Below are positions 1 to 7,244 of a stretch of 10,754 nt of DNA, in pieces. The translations under genes were made by a program, and so were the position numbers. The notes under the pieces were generated by a model. That model did no database searches and was not told where the DNA came from. It saw only the letters and a list, made by a program, of their open reading frames with translations. The DNA comes from Elusimicrobiota bacterium (GTDB lineage Bacteria; Elusimicrobiota; Endomicrobiia; CG1-02-37-114; JAHJSO01): the NCBI GenBank assembly GCA_043826435.1, contig JBDRQF010000001.1, positions 1 to 10,754 of the forward strand. The letters run 5' to 3'. How positions within the stretch are numbered: position 1 is the first letter of the stretch; each line of letters begins with the position of its first letter.

Positions 1-1011
1 AGTTGTGTCCGGTGCATCCCGGAAATAGCGAACACATTCTTCTTCAGTTGTGGTTGAGATATGAATAAAATTTGACCCGTCTGTGCTTCTATATATATTC
101 CACCATTTAAAATAACTATGCGGCTGCACCAATTCGGACTGCCCCGGATCCCAGCGCAATTCTCTTGAACCATCGGTAGAAGTAAGGACAGTCAGGTCAT
201 CGGGAACATCTATAATGTCAAACGCATTCCTTGGACGAATAAGATAATTTGAGAAATGCGGAGAATAACTGTCAAATTGATTTGCATTGCCTGTAATATC
301 CATATAGCCCTTTGGCTCTATAAACTTCCTTTTTGCGATTGTTTCTGTGCCGTCTATATGCAAACCATACGCTTTCCTGTCCCAGTATAAATATAACTGG
401 CCTGATGCATCCGCTATAAGATAGTCGTAGTACATAGCGTCTGTTGATGGCCATGTTCCGCTCATCTTTTTGACTTTCCTTATCTTAACCAGGTCACCTT
501 CCATCAACTGACCACCATTTCCCCTGCCACCATTTGCAGTTGTATCTGTCATATCTGCCAGATCCCTTGTCCAGATAATTCTTGGCTCAGGGATTTCGGC
601 ACCGCCATCATTCGCCTTTTTCAGGCGGCTAATGGTCCCGAACGGGCTTGCGAACGTAATGTTTATCTGGGTCTCCCCTATAAACTGATTGATATAGCCG
701 GAGACATTGACTACGTCACCTATCGCCAAATCAGATATTATTTTCGGTTTGGCATAGCAGACAACGCCCCTGCCGCTGCCGTCGTCTATATAGAATATAT
801 TGTCTGATACCCCTTCCTCAAAGACCGCTGTTACAGTCGCTGTTCTCACTACATAAAAATAGTTCGTCTCCATGCTCGCTGCGGGTATTCCGCTTGTGCT
901 CTGCAGCACCCAGAATGTGGTAGTGTTTATTGCCAGTTGCTGTGCAAGACATACTTTTGGCAATAATGCGATGGATATAACAAGAATTAAAATTTTATAG
1001 TGTCTGCTCAT
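1..1011 (-). CDS. Secreted protein with two YhcR/ExeM-like OB-fold domains followed by an FN3-like domain (3'-partial, runs off the window)
   Basis: Manual translation gives ATG at 1011 and 337 open codons to base 1 with no stop, which explains its absence from the ORF track. SD-like GGGAG at 1017-1021. Signal peptide MSRHYKILILVISIALLPKVCLA. OB1 (aa ~54-118): TATVTAV...FYIDDGSGRGVVCY...IGDVVNVSGYINQFIGETQI. OB2 (aa ~170-267): MEGDLVKIRKV...YLIADASG...DITGNANQFD...YLIRPRNAFDI. FN3-like region: LRWDP...WNIYRSTDGSNFIHI. Confidence 0.8.
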   Translation of the reverse strand, partial: MSRHYKILILVISIALLPKVCLAQQLAINTTTFWVLQSTSGIPAASMETNYFYVVRTATVTAVFEEGVSDNIFYIDDGSGRGVVCYAKPKIISDLAIGDVVNVSGYINQFIGETQINITFASPFGTISRLKKANDGGAEIPEPRIIWTRDLADMTDTTANGGRGNGGQLMEGDLVKIRKVKKMSGTWPSTDAMYYDYLIADASGQLYLYWDRKAYGLHIDGTETIAKRKFIEPKGYMDITGNANQFDSYSPHFSNYLIRPRNAFDIIDVPDDLTVLTSTDGSRELRWDPGQSELVQPHSYFKWWNIYRSTDGSNFIHISTTTEEECVRYFRDAPDTT

Positions 1012-1037
1012 ATATTCTCCCGACCCCCTCCCCATCT

Positions 1038-2363
1038 CTATTTTTTAAGTGCTTTGTCTATTTCTCTCTGGACTTTAACTGCGACTTTGTCAAGGGCTTC
1101 TTTCGCCGTCGCCTTTTTCAGGAGCGTCTCATCAATCGCCCCTATCAGGTAGTCCCTGCTCCTGAACCAGCCGGCTGAACTAGGCTCGTATTCCGCCCAC
1201 GCTAACTGGTCAATAGCCGCCTTTGCGTCCGGCTCTTTCTTAAAGTGTTCCTGTAACCTGCTGCTCTTTAATGCGGATGCCCGGACAGGCAGGTAGGACG
1301 TTTCTGCCGCCCATCTGGCTGTATTTTCAGTGCTTGTGAACCATTTAATAAATTCCCACGCCCATCTCTGTTTCACTTCGGTTGTATTTTTGAATATACA
1401 GATATTCGTGCCGTAAACAACCACTGCCTTCCTCTTGTCCCCCGGCAGTTGGGCTGTTCCCCAGTTAAAGGTTATCTGGTCTTTCATAAACTCCCTTGAA
1501 ACACAGGAGCCGGTTATCATCGCAACCTTGCCGGCGGTAAAGTCCGTCTGATTATTAAATCCGGAAGTCCTGTATGCAACCTTGTGTTTGTCAATCAAAT
1601 CAAGAAAGAACTGCAGTGCTTCAGCACCTTCTTTTGAATTGAACGCCACCTTTGTCTCTGTCTCATCCAGGAACCTTCCGCCCTTCTGGTACAGGACGTT
1701 CCCGAAATCCCAGGCGCTACCGATTGTCGTATAGCCATACTGGTCAATATTGCCGTCGTTGTTGAAATCCTTCGTGAGTTTTTTGGCGTATTCAATAAAT
1801 TCAGCGTGTGTTGTAGGGGGTTTCGCCGGGTCAAGCCCTGCGGCCTTAAACATATCCTTGTTGTAGTACAGGACGGGGCTGCTCTTGTTAAAAGGCAGGG
1901 AATACAGGTATTTCTTCTTATCCCTCGGGTTTACAAAGGTATTGTTTTTGATGAATATAGGCAAAAGGTCGGCATATTGCGCCTTTGTCAGCCCGTACTC
2001 AGGGTTGTTTATGAATTTGTCCAGCGGGACAATGGCATCGCCGTCAACGAGTTGTGCCGTCCATGATTCATACGCCTGCGCCAACTCAGGGTTGTTCTTT
2101 GCAACTATGGAGGCGAGTGTTTTCTGCGAGAGGGTTGAATATGAGCCCATAAACTCTTCCTTCACATACACCTGCGGGTGTTTCTCGTTAAACTCCTTTA
2201 TCATCCTCTTCATTACTTCCCCCAGAGGACCTGCCATTGCATGCCAGAAACGGACAACAACCTTGCCGCCCTGCGGTTGTCGTGTATGCGAGGCGGGAAT
2301 AATAACAACCATGCACAACACCAAAATAAACCCGGTCAAAAAAAGCCCTTTTGTTTTTTTCAT
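1038..2363 (-). CDS. CUT1-family ABC transporter solute-binding protein, UgpB-like (substrate uncertain: nucleoside, sugar-phosphate or glycerophosphate)
   Basis: 441 aa with a hydrophobic N-terminal signal and no canonical lipobox. Motifs FWHAM, EFNEKHP, YSLPFNKSSPVLYYNKDMFKAAGLDP, FTAGKVAM, AWEFIKWF and SYLPVR are typical of UgpB/SBP_bac_1/8 proteins. Adjacent to two CUT1 permeases. Confidence 0.9.
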   Translation of the reverse strand: MKKTKGLFLTGFILVLCMVVIIPASHTRQPQGGKVVVRFWHAMAGPLGEVMKRMIKEFNEKHPQVYVKEEFMGSYSTLSQKTLASIVAKNNPELAQAYESWTAQLVDGDAIVPLDKFINNPEYGLTKAQYADLLPIFIKNNTFVNPRDKKKYLYSLPFNKSSPVLYYNKDMFKAAGLDPAKPPTTHAEFIEYAKKLTKDFNNDGNIDQYGYTTIGSAWDFGNVLYQKGGRFLDETETKVAFNSKEGAEALQFFLDLIDKHKVAYRTSGFNNQTDFTAGKVAMITGSCVSREFMKDQITFNWGTAQLPGDKRKAVVVYGTNICIFKNTTEVKQRWAWEFIKWFTSTENTARWAAETSYLPVRASALKSSRLQEHFKKEPDAKAAIDQLAWAEYEPSSAGWFRSRDYLIGAIDETLLKKATAKEALDKVAVKVQREIDKALKK

Positions 2364-2399
2364 GTTCTGGTTTTCACGCTCTTTACGCTGACGATACTC

Positions 2400-2428
2400 A
2401 TTATACCAATTTTAAAAAAACTTGTCAA
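2400..2428 (-). promoter_or_regulatory. Perfect-consensus sigma70 promoter (TTGACA-17 nt-TATAAT, with extended -10 TG) upstream of the solute-binding protein gene
   Basis: The minus strand reads TTGACA (2428-2423), AGTTTTTTTAAAATTGG (17 nt), TATAAT (2405-2400). It lies in the 86-bp gap between the permease stop (2450) and the SBP start (2363). Confidence 0.85.
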
Positions 2429-2449
2429 GTCCCACCCCGAAGCAGTCCA

Positions 2450-3274
2450 CTACCCTTTTAAACCGGAGGCGGCGGTACCGTGCACGAAAAACCTCTGGGC
2501 TATAAAATATATTATAATTATCGGAAATATTGCAAAGGTTGACGCAGCCATAAGCAAAGTCCAGTCGGTCGTGAAATCCTGCGCAAATATCGCAAGGCCT
2601 ACCTGGAGCGGCCTCATGTTGGCGGAATTCGTCACGATAAGCGGCCACATAAACGAATTCCATGAAGCGACAAAAGTGAATATGCTCGTGGTCAGCAAAA
2701 CCGGGATGGACATCGGGGCTACTATATAAAAGAGCATCTTGAGTTCAGTACAGCCGTCTATGGAGGCGGAATCAAAATAGTCCTGCGGGATGGTCTGTAT
2801 GTGCTGTCTCAAAAAGAAAATATTAAACGCGGACGCAAAAAAAGGCACGATCAGCGCTTTGTAGGTGTCTATCCACCCGAGTCGTGAAAGCATCACATAG
2901 TTTGGTATTAACAAAACATACGGCGGTATCATCATTGTGGACAGAAGTAGAACAAATATTCTCTCCCGGCCGGGAAATTTCATCCTGGCGAAGGCATAGG
3001 CGGCCAACAGCCCTGTTATCTGCTGTACAGACGTCGTCACAACCGCAACGATTAAACTGTTGGAGAAATATCTGAAAAAGGGCGCAGCGTTCCATGCTTT
3101 CGCATAGTTGTCAAACCTGAACACCGACGGTATCCACTTCGGCGGCATTGATATCGCCTCGTTAGGTGCCTTGAGAGAGGTCAAAACCATCCATATAAAC
3201 GGCGCCGTCATAATAACAAGGCCGAGCGTCAACAGTATCTGGGCAGCCGGGCTGGGGAACATTTTTTTGAACAT
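2450..3274 (-). CDS. Carbohydrate (CUT1) ABC transporter permease, UgpE/MalG-like
   Basis: 274 aa, multiple hydrophobic segments. Motifs PFIWMVLTSLK, AAYAFARMKFPGRE, EAA-loop variant IPQDYFDSASIDG, WNSFMWPL, PLQVGL, QRFFVHG. Confidence 0.93.
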   Translation of the reverse strand: MFKKMFPSPAAQILLTLGLVIMTAPFIWMVLTSLKAPNEAISMPPKWIPSVFRFDNYAKAWNAAPFFRYFSNSLIVAVVTTSVQQITGLLAAYAFARMKFPGRERIFVLLLSTMMIPPYVLLIPNYVMLSRLGWIDTYKALIVPFFASAFNIFFLRQHIQTIPQDYFDSASIDGCTELKMLFYIVAPMSIPVLLTTSIFTFVASWNSFMWPLIVTNSANMRPLQVGLAIFAQDFTTDWTLLMAASTFAIFPIIIIYFIAQRFFVHGTAASGLKG

Positions 3275-3275
3275 T

Positions 3276-4157
3276 TTATTGATAGAACACCTTTGAGCCG
3301 ACGAATTTTCTCTGCAAAAGGGTTACCGTCAAAAGGAAAATAAAAAGTATGTACGCCAACGATGAAGCGTATCCCATTCTGAAATGAACGAAAGCCATCT
3401 CATAGATGTAATATACGATAACGGAGGTTGATTTCAGCGGGCCTCCGCCCGGGGTCATTGTGTAAACCTGCGTGAATATCTGGAATGAAAATATGATGGA
3501 CGTAACCATAACAAAAAATATCACGGGGGAGAGCAGCGGTATCGTAATGTTAAAAAACTTTGATATCTCTGAGGCGCCGTCAATGTCAGCCGCCTCGTAG
3601 TATGTTTTATCAATGTTGCTAAGCCCCGTGAGAAAAAGCAAAATATCATATCCCACGCTCTTCCACACGCTCATAACTGCTATGGACAGCATCGCCCACC
3701 TGGGCGACCCCAGCCAGTTCTGCGGCTGGATGTTGAGTTGCATAAGGACATAGTTTAATATGCCGAATTTTTCGTTGTACAACCACAGCCACATAATGGC
3801 CGCGGCGTTTAATGACGTTATCACAGGCAGGTAATATCCAACCCTGTAAAACCCTAGCCCGCGGATTTTTTTAAAGAGGAGGGTCGCAAACGCCAGGCCG
3901 AGCGTGATTTTTACGGGCACGTACATAATGACAAAATAGAAGGTGTTAAAAACCGACTTCCAGAACATGCCGTCGGTAAAAAGGTCAACGTAATTCCTAA
4001 ACCCCACGAAAACCTTCTGGCTTATCATGTTCCAGTCCAACAGGGACAGGTAAAAGGAATAGAATATGGGGAATATGGTGAACACCATGATGGTCGTAAA
4101 GGCGGGCACCAGATAGAGGTATGGGGAAATCCTTAAACTTCTTGTTGAAGCACTCAT
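3276..4157 (-). CDS. Carbohydrate (CUT1) ABC transporter permease, UgpA/MalF-like
   Basis: 293 aa, hydrophobic. Motifs PYLYLVP, FVGFRNY, YYLPVITS, GILNY, EAA loop IDKTYYEAADIDGAS, ITIPLLSP, MGYASSLA. Its start overlaps the upstream stop (ATGA, 4154-4157) and there is a 1-nt gap to the next permease. Confidence 0.93.
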   Translation of the reverse strand: MSASTRSLRISPYLYLVPAFTTIMVFTIFPIFYSFYLSLLDWNMISQKVFVGFRNYVDLFTDGMFWKSVFNTFYFVIMYVPVKITLGLAFATLLFKKIRGLGFYRVGYYLPVITSLNAAAIMWLWLYNEKFGILNYVLMQLNIQPQNWLGSPRWAMLSIAVMSVWKSVGYDILLFLTGLSNIDKTYYEAADIDGASEISKFFNITIPLLSPVIFFVMVTSIIFSFQIFTQVYTMTPGGGPLKSTSVIVYYIYEMAFVHFRMGYASSLAYILFIFLLTVTLLQRKFVGSKVFYQ

Positions 4158-5725
4158 TTCATCTGTTTGATTTGTTTGACCTGCGCCAGTTCAATGCGGT
4201 TGATTCTGCCTTCAACCCTGGCAGACACGGGCGTGTTTAGTCGGATGTATTCTATTATTATGTCCCTGAGGACATTGTCAGTATATAAGACCTCTTTACC
4301 GCCCCGTCGGAGAATCTCTCCCCCATCATCATCCCTTTCATAAAGATAATTACTCACGGATATGATATAGTCCCTGTCCGGGTCAAGCAGTTCGCCGTTA
4401 TATTCAGTCCTGATGATTCTCCTGCCCGGGGGTAATTCCCTGCAATACCATGTCTTTGCACCTGAGAGTTGCCATGTCCCCGCCTTGCTCATACAAAACT
4501 CCAACAATTCCACCAGGTCTTTACCTGACAATTTCAGTCGGAGCATCTTGTTTCCAAACGGCTCAACCTCATAAATACTCCGTAAGGTTATGGGACCCTC
4601 CGGCACGTCTTTTCTAATACCACCGCTGTTCTGGAATGCAATCTCCACATCCATTTTCCACTTTATTGCATCCGTAATAAAATTGCCAAGGGCTGATTCG
4701 GCGAAATACGTTCTCGTAATCTCCCTTTCGGCATGACCAATAACCTCGCCTAATTGTTTCCTGACCGGCCCGGCGTATTTTTCTACGACTTCCCTGGTTA
4801 TTTTTTCTTTTTCTATGTTGTCGCTAAAAAATGTTACGATGGTGCTATCCCAATCTTTGATTTTCTTTGTTTCTTTATCTATCTCAAGTGTGAACACACC
4901 CGCCCCGGTGCCATTGGCATAACACTGGGTAATTAGTGTATGGCATCGCGGGTCATATAACGGCGGGATAAGCGCCATGTGCCAGTGTCCCCCGACTATC
5001 AAATCAATACCCTTATATGTGCCGAGTTTCTTGTCGTCATCCACCCCCATGTGCGATAAAACGATTATAACATCAACACCCATGGCTTTCAATTCAGATA
5101 CATACCCGGGCACAACCGTATCAGCCGGCGGGAAATCCATTCCTTCAATATGCTTCGGGAAGGACAATTTCTTCATATCTGAAGTTATTACACCTATGAT
5201 ACCTACTTTCAAATCGCCAAATTCCTTTATTACCCATGGTTTAACCTTGTGCCAGACAGCCCCCGTATTCTTATCAATTATATTTGCACCTACCACATCA
5301 AATTTAGCCATATCAATAAGTTTTTCCAGGTTTTCTTTGCCCCGGTCAAAATCGTGGTTGCCCGGAACAATTACATCAAGTCCTATTGTATTGAAACATT
5401 CAATAACTGAGACACCATCAAAAAAACTGCCCTCGGGGGCACCTTGAAACCAGTCGCCGGCATCCATAACAAGAACCGCATCGCCATTTCTTTCCGCTTC
5501 CTCTCTGGTTTCCTTTATCAAGGTACTGTGGGCGGAGATGCCTGCCAGTTTAGGCGGGAACTCGGGATTCATAAAAACGGCATCCTGTTCCGCTATGCCG
5601 CCGTGTAAATCATTGGAGTGAATAATAATCAATTTTCCCGGAACCCAGGCAAGAAGAACGGATACGCACAGGGTTAAAACCAAACTAACGGTTAAAGTGC
5701 CTCTGAAAATTATGTTTTTATTCAT
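4154..5725 (-). CDS. Secreted bifunctional metallophosphoesterase/5'-nucleotidase (UshA family)
   Basis: 523 aa with a signal peptide. Calcineurin-like metal motifs HSNDLHG, DAGDWFQG, GNHDFD, LSHMG, GGHWH. 5'-nucleotidase C-terminal domain motifs ESALGNFITDA, NSGGIR, EPFGN, QLSG. Purine-rich SD AAGGGGGGA upstream. Confidence 0.92.
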   Translation of the reverse strand: MNKNIIFRGTLTVSLVLTLCVSVLLAWVPGKLIIIHSNDLHGGIAEQDAVFMNPEFPPKLAGISAHSTLIKETREEAERNGDAVLVMDAGDWFQGAPEGSFFDGVSVIECFNTIGLDVIVPGNHDFDRGKENLEKLIDMAKFDVVGANIIDKNTGAVWHKVKPWVIKEFGDLKVGIIGVITSDMKKLSFPKHIEGMDFPPADTVVPGYVSELKAMGVDVIIVLSHMGVDDDKKLGTYKGIDLIVGGHWHMALIPPLYDPRCHTLITQCYANGTGAGVFTLEIDKETKKIKDWDSTIVTFFSDNIEKEKITREVVEKYAGPVRKQLGEVIGHAEREITRTYFAESALGNFITDAIKWKMDVEIAFQNSGGIRKDVPEGPITLRSIYEVEPFGNKMLRLKLSGKDLVELLEFCMSKAGTWQLSGAKTWYCRELPPGRRIIRTEYNGELLDPDRDYIISVSNYLYERDDDGGEILRRGGKEVLYTDNVLRDIIIEYIRLNTPVSARVEGRINRIELAQVKQIKQMK

Positions 5726-5756
5726 TGTTGTTTCCCCCCTTAGTGTGGCGATGGGT

Positions 5757-5784
5757 TTGCTTCGGCTTCGCCTCGCAATGACAC
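5757..5784. repeat. REP-like palindromic element, short copy (TTGCTTCG...CCTCGCAATGACAC)
   Basis: The plus strand reads TTGCTTCGGCTTCGCCTCGCAATGACAC, an imperfect hairpin (TTGC/GCAA outer stem, GGC/GCC inner stem). It shares both ends with the copy at 7188-7238. Confidence 0.7.
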
Positions 5785-5804
5785 AGTGGGTTTTTTGGGC
5801 CGTA

Positions 5805-7058
5805 TTACATCCGGTATGTCAGGGTAACCATTATATCGGCGCTTTTTTCATCTATAATATCGTATTTCGGTTTTGAGAGGTGGATCTCTGCGTGCTTCAG
5901 GTGAAACGGGTCTGTTGTCCTGTAATCGCTTCTTCCAAAGCCAATACCGATGTCTAATTTAAGTTTTTCAACAATGTTAAACCCGATGCCCCCTGTAATA
6001 TAGTTGGTCCTCACCTCTGTATTCCCATACCATGGCTGATGATAAAAACCAAACCGCAAATCAAGCCCGAAATCAAACCTGTGTTCAAGCCCAAAATGAT
6101 ATTCAATTGTATCCTGCAACGCTACTGATGTATTGAGTGTGTCCTTTAATTGAGACCAATTCCTGAGAATTATCTCCGCTGTCGCCACTACGGGTATTTC
6201 ATTCGGCGGCTGATATCTCACACCAAAAGAAATTGTCTGCGGATATGTGAGTGTTTGCTCCTCGGTCTTTGATTGGATGGTTGTCTTTGTCGTAAGTGTC
6301 CCCTTGAGTTGGGCTGGTGTCTCAATGTTTATACCCGCCCAGAAACGATTCCTAACATAATATAGGACACCGAAGTTTATATTATTGCCGGCAATATTTT
6401 CTAATTTGATTTTCTCACTATACGACTGGGCTGAATCAGTATAATTGATATGCGTCAAATTATCTTCATAACCGCCTGATAAATTATTCAGCCCCAGACC
6501 CAGTCCTATTTTACCCATCAACACCGATGTTCCAAACGAGAGTTTATTCACTCCTCCTGTGCGGGCAATCTCGTTGTTATATGTAAGACGGTAGCTGTTA
6601 TCCCTTGGTGTTTCTTTGTAGGTATATGCATAGTCAATCCATGGCCCTATGCCGGCAGCAAGGACTATGTTAACCGGCAGTTTCACCGGCAGTGGGGCGG
6701 ATACGCTAAACGACGGAACGCTATAAAGATTTGAATTTATTAAATATGTCGTATCCCCTGCATAGTTATAGTAAGGGTCATAAACAGGGTATGACCAGTA
6801 TTCAAAGTAATAAAGCAGTCGGTTTGAACAATTAAACTGGAGTCGTTCCGATATGCCGAGTATGGCGGGGTTGCTGAAGAGAGCGCTGCTGCTTTCTTCA
6901 TTTGCGACCGAGCAGTTAGCCATACCAAACGACCTCGCACCCGTCCATGATACGGGGTCCCCATAGAGTCCCCTGCCGTGCCAGGTTAAGCACTGCGTCT
7001 CTGTCTGCAAAAAAGTAAATAATATACAAACGACCAAAAGATACTTAAATAATTTCAT
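5805..7058 (-). CDS. Outer-membrane beta-barrel, FadL/OmpP1/PorV-like superfamily
   Basis: 417 aa with a signal peptide. N-terminal GARSFGMA...SSALFSNPAIL matches the GAR..GM...NPA motif of FadL/PorV-type barrels. Alternating amphipathic strands (YPQTISFGVRY, YHFGLEHRF, LDLRFGFY, ITGGIGF) and a terminal strand MVTLTYRM. SD AAGGAG upstream. Confidence 0.8.
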   Translation of the reverse strand: MKLFKYLLVVCILFTFLQTETQCLTWHGRGLYGDPVSWTGARSFGMANCSVANEESSSALFSNPAILGISERLQFNCSNRLLYYFEYWSYPVYDPYYNYAGDTTYLINSNLYSVPSFSVSAPLPVKLPVNIVLAAGIGPWIDYAYTYKETPRDNSYRLTYNNEIARTGGVNKLSFGTSVLMGKIGLGLGLNNLSGGYEDNLTHINYTDSAQSYSEKIKLENIAGNNINFGVLYYVRNRFWAGINIETPAQLKGTLTTKTTIQSKTEEQTLTYPQTISFGVRYQPPNEIPVVATAEIILRNWSQLKDTLNTSVALQDTIEYHFGLEHRFDFGLDLRFGFYHQPWYGNTEVRTNYITGGIGFNIVEKLKLDIGIGFGRSDYRTTDPFHLKHAEIHLSKPKYDIIDEKSADIMVTLTYRM

Positions 7059-7187
7059 GTTATGTCTCTCCTTAGCGTGCGCTATCCTAAACAGTGTAGC
7101 CGCACATTTTTTAAGTTACCAACAACGATTAATAAAACACACAAGTTGGTTGTTTATTTTGCCTTTTGTATAGTGCTGTTTTATTTT

Positions 7188-7238
7188 GAGATTGCTTCGT
7201 CGCCCCGAGCAAAACGCAGGGACTCCTCGCAATGACAC
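7188..7238. repeat. REP-like palindromic element, long copy (GAGATTGCTTCG...CCTCGCAATGACAC)
   Basis: The plus strand reads GAGATTGCTTCGTCGCCCCGAGCAAAACGCAGGGACTCCTCGCAATGACAC, with an ATTGC/GCAAT stem and the same termini as 5757-5784. It resembles the widespread GTCATTGCGAG...GAAGCAATCTC extragenic repeat type. Confidence 0.75.
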
Positions 7239-7244
7239 TCCGTG

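Noticed and set aside
272..454. 60-aa minus-strand ORF from the track
   Set aside because: It is nested out of frame inside the 1..1011 gene, which has an SD, a signal peptide and recognisable domains.
511..535. Short direct repeat ACCATTT encoding NGGRGNGG
   Set aside because: A Gly-rich linker between the OB folds, too short to be meaningful.
2360..2401. 13-aa mini-ORF MSIVSVKSVKTRT* whose TGA overlaps the SBP ATG
   Set aside because: Its ATG lies within the predicted -10 box and has no SD, so it is most likely chance.
1595..3296. Short alternative-frame and plus-strand ORFs (1595-1834, 1806-2066, 1885-2391, 2178-2729, 2412-2663, 2823-3095, 2884-3075, 3108-3296)
   Set aside because: Shadow ORFs overlapping well-supported ABC genes, with no recognisable motifs.
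1038..4157. Assigning ugpA/ugpE/ugpB symbols (glycerol-3-phosphate uptake)
   Set aside because: Family-level similarity only. No ugpC or ugpQ is in the window and the context points to a different substrate.
5757..7238. The repeat pair as a CRISPR array, transposon ends or intrinsic terminators
   Set aside because: Only two copies about 1.4 kb apart in direct orientation, with no spacers, cas or transposase gene, and no U-tract after the hairpins on the coding strand.
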